Below, in pieces: positions 10,074 to 17,329 of a stretch of 56,420 nucleotides of DNA. How positions within the stretch are numbered: position 1 is the stretch's first letter; each line of letters begins with the position of its first letter. Source of the DNA: a virus. Lineage: Duplodnaviria; Caudoviricetes. Below the pieces are notes generated by a model that made no database searches, had not been told where the DNA came from, and was given only the letters and a program-made list of their open reading frames with translations. The position numbers and the translations under genes are program-made. The DNA is taken from positions 1 through 56,420 of the IMG/VR virus record IMGVR_UViG_3300032218_003378, one strand, 5' to 3'.

Positions 10074-11441
10074 ATGGATATTAAAAAAACGTACTGGAAT
10101 AACAGCGAATCATCAATGACTTTATCTTTTCCTATTGCTAAAGTGAATAGAGAAAAAAGAACAGTGTCTGGATTTGCTTCCTTAGATAACCTAGATCGTC
10201 ACGGAGATGTTGTTACTGCTGAAGCAAGTAGAAAAGCATTTGAAAGATTTCGTGGAAATATTAGAGAAATGCACGGTCCATCTGCAGTTGGCAAAATGCT
10301 TAATTTTAAAGAAGATTCATATTTTGATAAAGATTCAGGCAAAAAGTACAATGGCGTTTATGTAACAGCCTATATTTCAAAGGGTGCACAAGATGCATGG
10401 GAAAAGTGCTTAGATGGCACATACACAGGATTTTCTATTGGTGGCAATATTGTAGATGCTAAAATGGAAAAATCAGATGACGGCGGGGAATCACACAGAG
10501 TTATCCATAATTATGATTTGCATGAGTTGAGTTTAGTAGATTCCCCAGCAAATCCTTTAGCAAATATTTTTTCAATTCAAAAGATGGCAGAAGGACTTAT
10601 TACAGAAAATGTATTTTGGTGCAAACAAGATGAAGTTGCATCAACATCAGTAGAAACACAAAAGGATTGTGTTGTATGTGGAGATTCCATGACTTCAATT
10701 GGATGGGTAGAACAAGCAGATATTGAAAAATTTGAAGCAGTTGAAAAAGTTATTGATTCTTATTTTAAGAAAGATGATGCTCCAACATCATCACATTCAG
10801 CAACAGAATCAGCAGCTCCTGGAAATGTTGTAGATACAACAGCAACAATTAATCTTTATCCAGATCAAAATAAAGAAAAAAAGGTTTCGCCTATAGATGT
10901 AACAACGGCGATTAAGAAAAATGAAGGGGGTAATGAAATGACAGAAGAAACAAGTACAGAGGTAACTCCAGAAGTTGCTGAAGTTGAAGCCCCAGCTGCA
11001 GTTGATGCAGTTGTTGCTGTTGATGAAACAGCAGTTGATGCGGGAGAAGCAATCGAAAAGGCAGTTGCTATTTCAGAGGTCGAGGATACACTTGATTTCA
11101 CAAAGATGGTAAGCGACCTTAAATCCTTCTTCAATGATTCTATTGAAAAGAATTTTGCATCACAGGCTGCTACAGTTCAAGATGTTTATCGCATGGTAGA
11201 GGAAACCAGAAGCCAATTTGGTAAAGCGATAGATGAACTAAAGGCAAAAAGCGAAGAAATGACAAAGACGATTACGGATATGTATGGCAAGATTGATTAT
11301 GTTGACCATCAGCTTAAGGGCTTTGAATCCGCAACCGCAGTAAAGAAGTCCAGTGATCTTAACGGGTCAATGGAAGAAACACAAATCCAAAAAAGTATAT
11401 GGCAAGGACACTTCCTCGGTGTTAATAGCTTAACTAAATAA
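10074..11441 (+). CDS. Prohead (capsid maturation) protease fused to scaffold
   Basis: Motifs KV..EKRTVSGFAS, D.HGDVV, REMH, GFSIGG, ELSLVDSPANP; CxxD..CxxC zinc-ribbon-like segment; acidic/coiled-coil C-terminus; lies between portal and capsid. Start 10074 preferred to 10050. Confidence 0.85.
   Translation: MDIKKTYWNNSESSMTLSFPIAKVNREKRTVSGFASLDNLDRHGDVVTAEASRKAFERFRGNIREMHGPSAVGKMLNFKEDSYFDKDSGKKYNGVYVTAYISKGAQDAWEKCLDGTYTGFSIGGNIVDAKMEKSDDGGESHRVIHNYDLHELSLVDSPANPLANIFSIQKMAEGLITENVFWCKQDEVASTSVETQKDCVVCGDSMTSIGWVEQADIEKFEAVEKVIDSYFKKDDAPTSSHSATESAAPGNVVDTTATINLYPDQNKEKKVSPIDVTTAIKKNEGGNEMTEETSTEVTPEVAEVEAPAAVDAVVAVDETAVDAGEAIEKAVAISEVEDTLDFTKMVSDLKSFFNDSIEKNFASQAATVQDVYRMVEETRSQFGKAIDELKAKSEEMTKTITDMYGKIDYVDHQLKGFESATAVKKSSDLNGSMEETQIQKSIWQGHFLGVNSLTK
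10938..11441 (+). CDS. Probable nested in-frame scaffolding protein (167 aa)
   Basis: AAGGGGGT SD-like at 10924-10931, 6 nt before an in-frame ATG; composition shifts abruptly to E/V/A-rich then coiled coil. Confidence 0.6.
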   Translation: MTEETSTEVTPEVAEVEAPAAVDAVVAVDETAVDAGEAIEKAVAISEVEDTLDFTKMVSDLKSFFNDSIEKNFASQAATVQDVYRMVEETRSQFGKAIDELKAKSEEMTKTITDMYGKIDYVDHQLKGFESATAVKKSSDLNGSMEETQIQKSIWQGHFLGVNSLTK

Positions 11442-11444
11442 AAT

Positions 11445-11464
11445 AAATAAGGTGGTGAAATAAA
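11445..11464 (+). promoter_or_regulatory. 20-nt leader/RBS AAATAAGGTGGTGAAATAAA (copy 1, major capsid)
   Basis: Identical to 15824-15843; ends 2 nt before ATG. Confidence 0.75.
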
Positions 11465-11466
11465 TA

Positions 11467-12588
11467 ATGAGTAATGAACTTTTACAAAAAGTAATTGATA
11501 CAACAAATCTTGGAACTTCAGGTTCTGATCTTTCAGGTGACGGACGTACCCTTTCAGGTACTGGTCTCCTATATCCAGATCAAGCTAATCGTTTCCTAGA
11601 TTACATGTGGGATGCAACAATTCTTGCAAAGGCAGCTCGTACAATCCGTATGCGCTCTAATGTTACAGAAATTGATCGTGTTTCAGTAGGTCAAAGAATT
11701 ATGACTGTAGCTTCTGAGGATAATCCTCGTAACTATGTTAATGAAGCAGATGCTGATTTTACAAACGCTGCAGCAACATTTTCAAAGATCTCTCTAACAA
11801 CACGCAAATTGCGTCTTGACTGGGAACTCTCATCTGAATCTCTTGAGGATAACCTCGAAGGTCCAGATCTAGAGGATCACATTGCACGTCTTATGGCTAC
11901 CCAAGCTGGTAACGATATCGAGGATGTTCTCATCAACGGTATTGGATCAAGCACAGGGTTGCTATCCGCATTTAAGGGATTCCGCAAATTGGCAATCGAT
12001 AACGCACACGTTGTCGATGCAGCAGGTCAGGGACTTGACAAGGCTGTATTTAATACAGCAATCAAGACTTTGCCTCGTAAGTACAAGCAACGCCGTAACC
12101 AACTACGATTCTTCACAGGATCTAACTTGGTACAGGATTACTTGTACAACCTAACATCTTCAACAACAGCTACTCCATTCGATATCGGTTCAACCGTTAT
12201 TCGTGGTGATGTTGCTGCAAATGATGGTTGTCCAGGTACTGTAACTCCATTTGCATTTGGTATTCCAGTAATTAACGTTCCTTTGATGGACGAAACTCGT
12301 GCAGGCGATTATGCAGGCACTTCAGGTTTGCATGGTGATGTACATCTTACATTCCCTCAAAACTTTATTATCGGTATCAAGCGTGACGTAACTGTTTATC
12401 GTCTGTTCCAACCAAAGAAGGATACAATTGAGTACACTCTCTTTATCCGTGTTGGTTGTGCAGTTGAAAACTACGATGCACATGTTATCGTTAAGAACGT
12501 AAAGGTATCAGGTTCAACTGGTGGATCATTCGGTTCTGTAACACACGGAGCTGGAACACTAGGTGGTTCAGGTACATACACATACTAA
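11467..12588 (+). CDS. Major capsid protein (HK97-like fold)
   Basis: 373 aa after the protease; G.L.PDQA.RF.D, S.E.LEDN.EG, A.Q.GND.ED..ING motifs; highly-expressed codon style (CGT, AAC, ATC); strong RBS; followed by a terminator. Confidence 0.92.
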   Translation: MSNELLQKVIDTTNLGTSGSDLSGDGRTLSGTGLLYPDQANRFLDYMWDATILAKAARTIRMRSNVTEIDRVSVGQRIMTVASEDNPRNYVNEADADFTNAAATFSKISLTTRKLRLDWELSSESLEDNLEGPDLEDHIARLMATQAGNDIEDVLINGIGSSTGLLSAFKGFRKLAIDNAHVVDAAGQGLDKAVFNTAIKTLPRKYKQRRNQLRFFTGSNLVQDYLYNLTSSTTATPFDIGSTVIRGDVAANDGCPGTVTPFAFGIPVINVPLMDETRAGDYAGTSGLHGDVHLTFPQNFIIGIKRDVTVYRLFQPKKDTIEYTLFIRVGCAVENYDAHVIVKNVKVSGSTGGSFGSVTHGAGTLGGSGTYTY

Positions 12589-12609
12589 TCTTTAATAAGA
12601 TAGTTGCAA

Positions 12610-12643
12610 GTTGGGGGAGAGATAGAAATATCTCTCCCTTAAC
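12610..12643 (+). terminator. Intrinsic terminator-like hairpin after major capsid gene
   Basis: GGGAGAGATA-GAAA-TATCTCTCCC perfect 10-bp stem, extendable by GTTGG/TTAAC, followed by AATTTT. Confidence 0.85.
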
Positions 12644-12650
12644 AATTTTC

Positions 12651-12659
12651 TGATATAAT
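12651..12659 (+). promoter_or_regulatory. Extended -10 promoter TGATATAAT
   Basis: Immediately after the terminator, upstream of GAGAGG RBS and ATG 12688. Confidence 0.7.
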
Positions 12660-12687
12660 TACATTAACATTAACGAGAGGAAACATA

Positions 12688-13086
12688 ATGTCATTTTTAG
12701 AACTTAAAGTAAGCGATTTAAGAAAAGCTGCAGATTCATTTGGTGTAGATACTTCAGGAGCAAAAACAAAGCAAGAGATTGCTGCATTGCTAGAAGAAGA
12801 AGGAATTACCTATTCAATGTTTGCAAAATTTAGTAACGCTGAAAAAGAAGAAATTGAAATTCCAGAGTTTGAAAAACAAAAAAGAGAAAAGAAAATCATG
12901 AAGACACAAGATGCCGTGCTAGTTAAAATGGATAGAGATAACCATTCATACCAAGTTATGGGCTACACATTTAGCCAACAACATCCATTTGTTGCTATGA
13001 CAGAATCAGAAGCACAAAGAATTTTTGATACACAAGACGGTTTTCGCCTTGCTACTCCCCGAGAGGCGCAAGAGTACTACGCATAA
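12688..13086 (+). CDS. Head-associated protein with N-terminal HeH/Rho-N-like helical motif
   Basis: LKVSDLRKAADSFGVD....KTKQEI..LL motif; position between capsid and adaptor genes. Confidence 0.6.
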   Translation: MSFLELKVSDLRKAADSFGVDTSGAKTKQEIAALLEEEGITYSMFAKFSNAEKEEIEIPEFEKQKREKKIMKTQDAVLVKMDRDNHSYQVMGYTFSQQHPFVAMTESEAQRIFDTQDGFRLATPREAQEYYA

Positions 13087-13100
13087 CGGAGGTATTTTGA

Positions 13101-14054
13101 TTGCAAAATATAACAAGGAATTCACAATCAAGTATATATTTAAACATATATAGTAATGGAGTATTAACTCCAGCAGATTCAGGAATTGTAAGGGCAACAG
13201 TCTATGATGCAGACAGTAATGCTGTAGCATTAACAGGTTATTCTAATATATCTGCAACAGCGGGTGATACAGCAGGTGAATATTCTATATTTTTAAATCA
13301 AAATATAACAAACACAAATAGAGTTTTAGAAGTAGTTTGGTCATATACGCTAAATGGCGTCACTGGAACACAAACAGATTATTATAAAGTAGAAACAACA
13401 TATGCAGATATTAATGAAATTATTGATTTTCTAGGACTTGGTTCTACGCCTTCAGATATGAATTATTATGATCCAAATGAAATACAGTCTGCTGAAAAGC
13501 TTGCTCGTACCATAATTGATGGGTACACAATGCAGACATTTGGAAGATATTATGGTTCACAAGAACAAGTAGGCATTGGAAGTGATTCCGTAGAGTTAAT
13601 TGAAAAAATGATAACTCTTAAAAAAGTCTATGAGAACGGACTGCTAGTAGTAGATAATACTGTTACCCCCGCATTAAATTCTTTTGGGTTTGAAGTAGAA
13701 ATTAGTCCTACGGGTAAAGCTATTAGGATTGTAAATCCAGGCTGGGATGTAAGGTATGATAATCAAGTAGATCCCACAATAATGTATTATGGAAAATTTA
13801 GAGATCAATCAAGATATAAATTTGAGGGAGATATTGGTTATAAATATGTCCCAGAAGACATTAAGATAGCAGCCATGCTGTTAGTTAATGACATTATTTC
13901 TAATGATTTTAATTGGAGAAACAAATATCTTAAGAGAGTTGATTTAAGCGAAATTTCATTTGAAATGGCTGGTGGTGCGTTTAATGGCACTGGGAATATA
14001 GCCGTAGACAACATTTTAGATACTTATCGTAATCTCAACATAGTGGTAATATAA
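13101..14054 (+). CDS. Head-to-tail adaptor/connector protein
   Basis: TTG start with GGAGG RBS; YA...EI..FL, A...IDGYT...F, GY..VPEDIK.AA..L, VD.IL..YR motifs. Confidence 0.75.
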   Translation: MQNITRNSQSSIYLNIYSNGVLTPADSGIVRATVYDADSNAVALTGYSNISATAGDTAGEYSIFLNQNITNTNRVLEVVWSYTLNGVTGTQTDYYKVETTYADINEIIDFLGLGSTPSDMNYYDPNEIQSAEKLARTIIDGYTMQTFGRYYGSQEQVGIGSDSVELIEKMITLKKVYENGLLVVDNTVTPALNSFGFEVEISPTGKAIRIVNPGWDVRYDNQVDPTIMYYGKFRDQSRYKFEGDIGYKYVPEDIKIAAMLLVNDIISNDFNWRNKYLKRVDLSEISFEMAGGAFNGTGNIAVDNILDTYRNLNIVVI

Positions 14055-14512
14055 TGAGAGCTAATTCATATGTTAGTTCTATTATGAATATGAAAGCTGA
14101 TGTTTTAACGCAACAAAATGTACAAGACGATAATACAGGAACAATTTCAAGACAATGGGTTTATGAAAAAACAATGCAGTGCAAAATTGAGCCTTTTAAA
14201 ACTTCAGGAACTAGCACAAGATCTGATAACAAATCATTTACTCCAGGAAATAATGCTACAGCGGGATATGATGAAGGATTAATGATTAAAGTTAAAAGCC
14301 TTCAATTGTTAAGTAAAAGATGGAGAGTTTCAGGCATAAGGTCAAGTAATGGAAAAAAGGTATTTGTTGAAATAGATAAATATGATCAACCAGACACAAT
14401 ATTTGAAGTAACATCATCGCATGCAGTTTTAGATCCATTTGGTAAAATTTCTTATTACGAGTCCACATTACGTAGGGTGCCAGTACAAAATAATGATAAA
14501 ACTGTCAATTGA
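14054..14512 (+). CDS. Head-to-tail stopper/closure protein
   Basis: Size and synteny after the adaptor; QD..TG...RQW motif; TAATG coupling. Confidence 0.6.
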   Translation: MRANSYVSSIMNMKADVLTQQNVQDDNTGTISRQWVYEKTMQCKIEPFKTSGTSTRSDNKSFTPGNNATAGYDEGLMIKVKSLQLLSKRWRVSGIRSSNGKKVFVEIDKYDQPDTIFEVTSSHAVLDPFGKISYYESTLRRVPVQNNDKTVN

Positions 14513-15221
14513 ACAAAAAAGTCTTGATGAGTTAAACAAAGAACTTAATCTTAAATATGCTGCTTTAAACAGCATAATAAATCAATCTAATATTGAACAA
14601 ATTTCAAAAGCAGCGTATGTTATACTTAAAAATAGATTTTTACCTGCAGTAGATACTCATTCCAGGCTTAACCCCAAAAAAATGCATCACATTTATGAAT
14701 GGGGAAAAACTGGACATAAAGAGTCAAGATTATTTGTACTTGAAAAAGTAGCATTTGTTAATAATTCATTAGTTGTTTCATCTAGATTTTTACCATCAAA
14801 AACTTTTGTTCCTATCCCAAGAGAATTGCAAAGATCAGGCAAGACGGGGAAAGTTGTTAGAGCAAGGCACATATTTAGAAATAAAGCGGATATGATGGAA
14901 AACGGGAAACCAGTAAGATTAGAGTCAAGAAAAATGATGGCATTTTTAGGAAGGAATGGAATACAATTTATTCAACCTAATACTACTATAAATATATTAA
15001 ATCCTGGGGGAAAACAAGTAACTCATTCTTTTGAAAAATTCATGTTTGAGTGGTATAGTAGGAATGCTCAATCAATTATGGATTCAAGTAATTTGTATCC
15101 AAAAATAGTTGATGAAACAATTAAAGTTTTAAACACAAAAAATTCAGGAATAACAGATGTTCAGCTAGCAATTAAAAGAGTAGTTGATTCATTTGTTGGT
15201 GGAATGGAGGCAATTCAATGA
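14493..15221 (+). CDS. Neck/tail completion protein (putative)
   Basis: Basic protein between stopper and terminator; ATG 14493 preferred to 14439. Confidence 0.5.
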   Translation: MIKLSIEQKSLDELNKELNLKYAALNSIINQSNIEQISKAAYVILKNRFLPAVDTHSRLNPKKMHHIYEWGKTGHKESRLFVLEKVAFVNNSLVVSSRFLPSKTFVPIPRELQRSGKTGKVVRARHIFRNKADMMENGKPVRLESRKMMAFLGRNGIQFIQPNTTINILNPGGKQVTHSFEKFMFEWYSRNAQSIMDSSNLYPKIVDETIKVLNTKNSGITDVQLAIKRVVDSFVGGMEAIQ

Positions 15222-15733
15222 CAGCAGATTATACAAAGGTGGCGTTCTATGACATTAGGAATGTGCTCTGGAGCGAATTACAGGCAGCTAACTTGCTTGA
15301 CCCTAATGATTACATGGCAGACGGGTTTACAAAGGCCCTAGTGCCCATTATACCCGCACAACAGGTACCAGAATTTAATAACCTATTACCAGGAACCACA
15401 TATTTAATTTATGATGTTATGCAGAACCCAACAAGCGTTGCATGGTGGATGAATGAAGAAATAGTTACTTTTAATATTGTATCTACTGATGCTTTACAAA
15501 TTCAAACAATTATAAACTTCATATTAGACGTATTTAGAAGATTTGATAAATCTGCAAAAGAAGTAAATCTACAGCTTTCCTCAACCAGTCCATTCACATT
15601 TAGATTTTTTAAGCTTGAGGCAGCTGATCCTGTTCAATCCTATGTAAATGAAGGCGGAGTTATGAATGCAAGCATTTCTATACTTTATGCCTATACTAGA
15701 GACCTAGATTCAGATACTGGAAGATATGCATAA
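15218..15733 (+). CDS. Tail terminator protein (putative)
   Basis: 171 aa directly upstream of the major tail gene; GGAGG RBS, ATGA overlap. Confidence 0.6.
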   Translation: MTADYTKVAFYDIRNVLWSELQAANLLDPNDYMADGFTKALVPIIPAQQVPEFNNLLPGTTYLIYDVMQNPTSVAWWMNEEIVTFNIVSTDALQIQTIINFILDVFRRFDKSAKEVNLQLSSTSPFTFRFFKLEAADPVQSYVNEGGVMNASISILYAYTRDLDSDTGRYA

Positions 15734-15756
15734 AAGTTTGTTTTATTATACAAATA

Positions 15757-15765
15757 TGCTATGAT
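15757..15765 (+). promoter_or_regulatory. Extended -10 element TGCTATGAT
   Basis: Intergenic, upstream of the major tail gene. Confidence 0.5.
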
Positions 15766-15823
15766 TTATTCTGAGGAAGCAAGTTATCTTGCTATTGGAT
15801 TTTGAGGTTTTAAAACAAAAATA

Positions 15824-15843
15824 AAATAAGGTGGTGAAATAAA
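15824..15843 (+). promoter_or_regulatory. 20-nt leader/RBS AAATAAGGTGGTGAAATAAA (copy 2, major tail)
   Basis: Identical to 11445-11464. Confidence 0.75.
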
Positions 15844-15845
15844 AT

Positions 15846-16568
15846 ATGGCTACAAGTACAAAAAATATTATCGTTGGTGCAGCAGATATCTTCATTAGTA
15901 CAACTAATGGTGAAACTCGCCCAAACACAGCAACTTCAGATTTAACAACATTGCTACCAGCAGGTGTTTCTGCTCGTCAGGGATTACTACGCTCAGCTAG
16001 TTATCGTGAGATTGGTTATACAAATACAGGTCTTGAGGTTTCTTACGAACCAAATTACGGCGAAGTAGTTGTTGATCAACTTCTTGATGCTGCTCGTCTT
16101 TTCAAGCAATCACTTAAGGTAATGCTTAAGACAGAATTAACAGAAGCTACTCTTGAAAACTTAACATTTTCATGGGGTCAAATGGATTCATACTATGTTG
16201 CTACAAATGCAAGCACAATTGCATCTATTAATACATTAGTTACAAGTACTCCACAAGGTTCAGATACTGGTGCTACATTAAGCATGGCAGCAGGTGCTCT
16301 TGGAGATGCTCCAGTAGAGCGTGTTCTAGTTGCAGTTGGTAGTGCTCCTTCACAGGTTTCTGCAGCTGGCGCAGCAAGTACAGCTCGACAAAAAGAGCGT
16401 GTATATGTTGCACGTCGTGTTGTATCAATTGACACAACAGCTCATTCATTGAAACGTGATGGAGCAACAGTATTCCCAGTGAATTTCCGTTGCTTACCAG
16501 ATGATCGTTCTACATCATATGCAGGTTCTGAATATGGTGTTGTAATTGATCGCATTTTTGGTTCATAA
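15846..16568 (+). CDS. Major tail tube protein
   Basis: NIIVGAA.IF, GYT..G.EVSYEP....V.VDQL, TEL.EATLENL, ATVFPV.FR motifs; followed by terminator and chaperone. Confidence 0.85.
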   Translation: MATSTKNIIVGAADIFISTTNGETRPNTATSDLTTLLPAGVSARQGLLRSASYREIGYTNTGLEVSYEPNYGEVVVDQLLDAARLFKQSLKVMLKTELTEATLENLTFSWGQMDSYYVATNASTIASINTLVTSTPQGSDTGATLSMAAGALGDAPVERVLVAVGSAPSQVSAAGAASTARQKERVYVARRVVSIDTTAHSLKRDGATVFPVNFRCLPDDRSTSYAGSEYGVVIDRIFGS

Positions 16569-16607
16569 TCAATATTGAACGAAAACAAATACAACTTAAT
16601 ATAGTAA

Positions 16608-16640
16608 TCAAGCCCTCCCGCCAAAGCGGGAGGGTCTTGA
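16608..16640 (+). terminator. Intrinsic terminator-like hairpin after major tail gene
   Basis: CCCTCCCGC-CAAA-GCGGGAGGG 9-bp GC stem, extended by TCAAG/CTTGA. Confidence 0.85.
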
Positions 16641-16661
16641 ATTTGTATTGATTAATAATTT

Positions 16662-16670
16662 TGGTATAAT
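16662..16670 (+). promoter_or_regulatory. Extended -10 promoter TGGTATAAT
   Basis: After the terminator, before AAGGAG RBS of the chaperone gene. Confidence 0.7.
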
Positions 16671-16697
16671 TTAACTAATAAACAAAGGAGAAATAAA

Positions 16698-17033
16698 TTG
16701 GCAACAACAGTATACGATACATTAGAAATTGAATTATCAAATGGTGATGAACTAGTCATTAAACCGCTTGCAATCAAGCAACTTAGAAAGTTCATGAAAA
16801 TCATTCAAAAGATGGATCTTGAAGAAAATGCATCAGAAGATGCAGCAATGGAAATTTTTATTGAAGCAGCTATGGCTTGCTTGGAAACAACTATGCCAGA
16901 ACTTGCAAAAGATAGAGATAAGTTTGAAGAAGTAATTGAAATTCCTACTATGATGAAGATTCTAGAAGTTGCTGGTGGTTTGAAACTCACAGACCCAAAC
17001 CTTCTGGGAGCGGCTCTAGTTGGGACGGACTAG
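16698..17033 (+). CDS. Tail assembly chaperone (gpG-like)
   Basis: 111-aa acidic ORF, TTG start with AAGGAG, between major tail and tape measure genes. Confidence 0.8.
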   Translation: MATTVYDTLEIELSNGDELVIKPLAIKQLRKFMKIIQKMDLEENASEDAAMEIFIEAAMACLETTMPELAKDRDKFEEVIEIPTMMKILEVAGGLKLTDPNLLGAALVGTD

Positions 17034-17045
17034 ATCTAAGCTCCT
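16994..17045 (+). other. Programmed -1 frameshift signal: C CCA AAC heptamer plus downstream stem-loop
   Basis: X XXY YYZ heptamer at 16994-17000 in the correct phase; -1 frame open into ORF 17045-17323; GGAGC/GCTCC and TCTAGT/ACTAGA stems downstream. Confidence 0.8.
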
Positions 17046-17323
17046 TGGAGTCTGAAGTTTTCTTGCTCGGTCATTGGAAAAATTATGATGAGCTAGAAAG
17101 TAATCTTTCAATTGATGAATTAATGGCAACATTGAAAGCATCAAGAGAAAAAGAACAACGTGAAAGGAAGTTTTTTGCAGCAATAAATGGGGTTGATCTT
17201 GATGATTCAACACCAATTGAAGATAGTTTAAATGATGTTTTGGACTTGAATCAAAAATTTGTTGCAAGAGAAGAAGGCTTCGGATTAGATGAAGGACTTG
17301 GCTTTATGCAAATGGGGGGGTGA
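17000..17323 (+). CDS. Frameshifted C-terminal part of tail assembly chaperone (gpGT-like, about 208 aa in total)
   Basis: The -1 frame reads PSGSGSSWDGLDLSSLESEVFLLGHWKNY...; no convincing RBS for the TTG at 17045. Confidence 0.75.
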   Translation, partial: PSGSGSSWDGLDLSSLESEVFLLGHWKNYDELESNLSIDELMATLKASREKEQRERKFFAAINGVDLDDSTPIEDSLNDVLDLNQKFVAREEGFGLDEGLGFMQMGG

Positions 17324-17329
17324 TATTAA

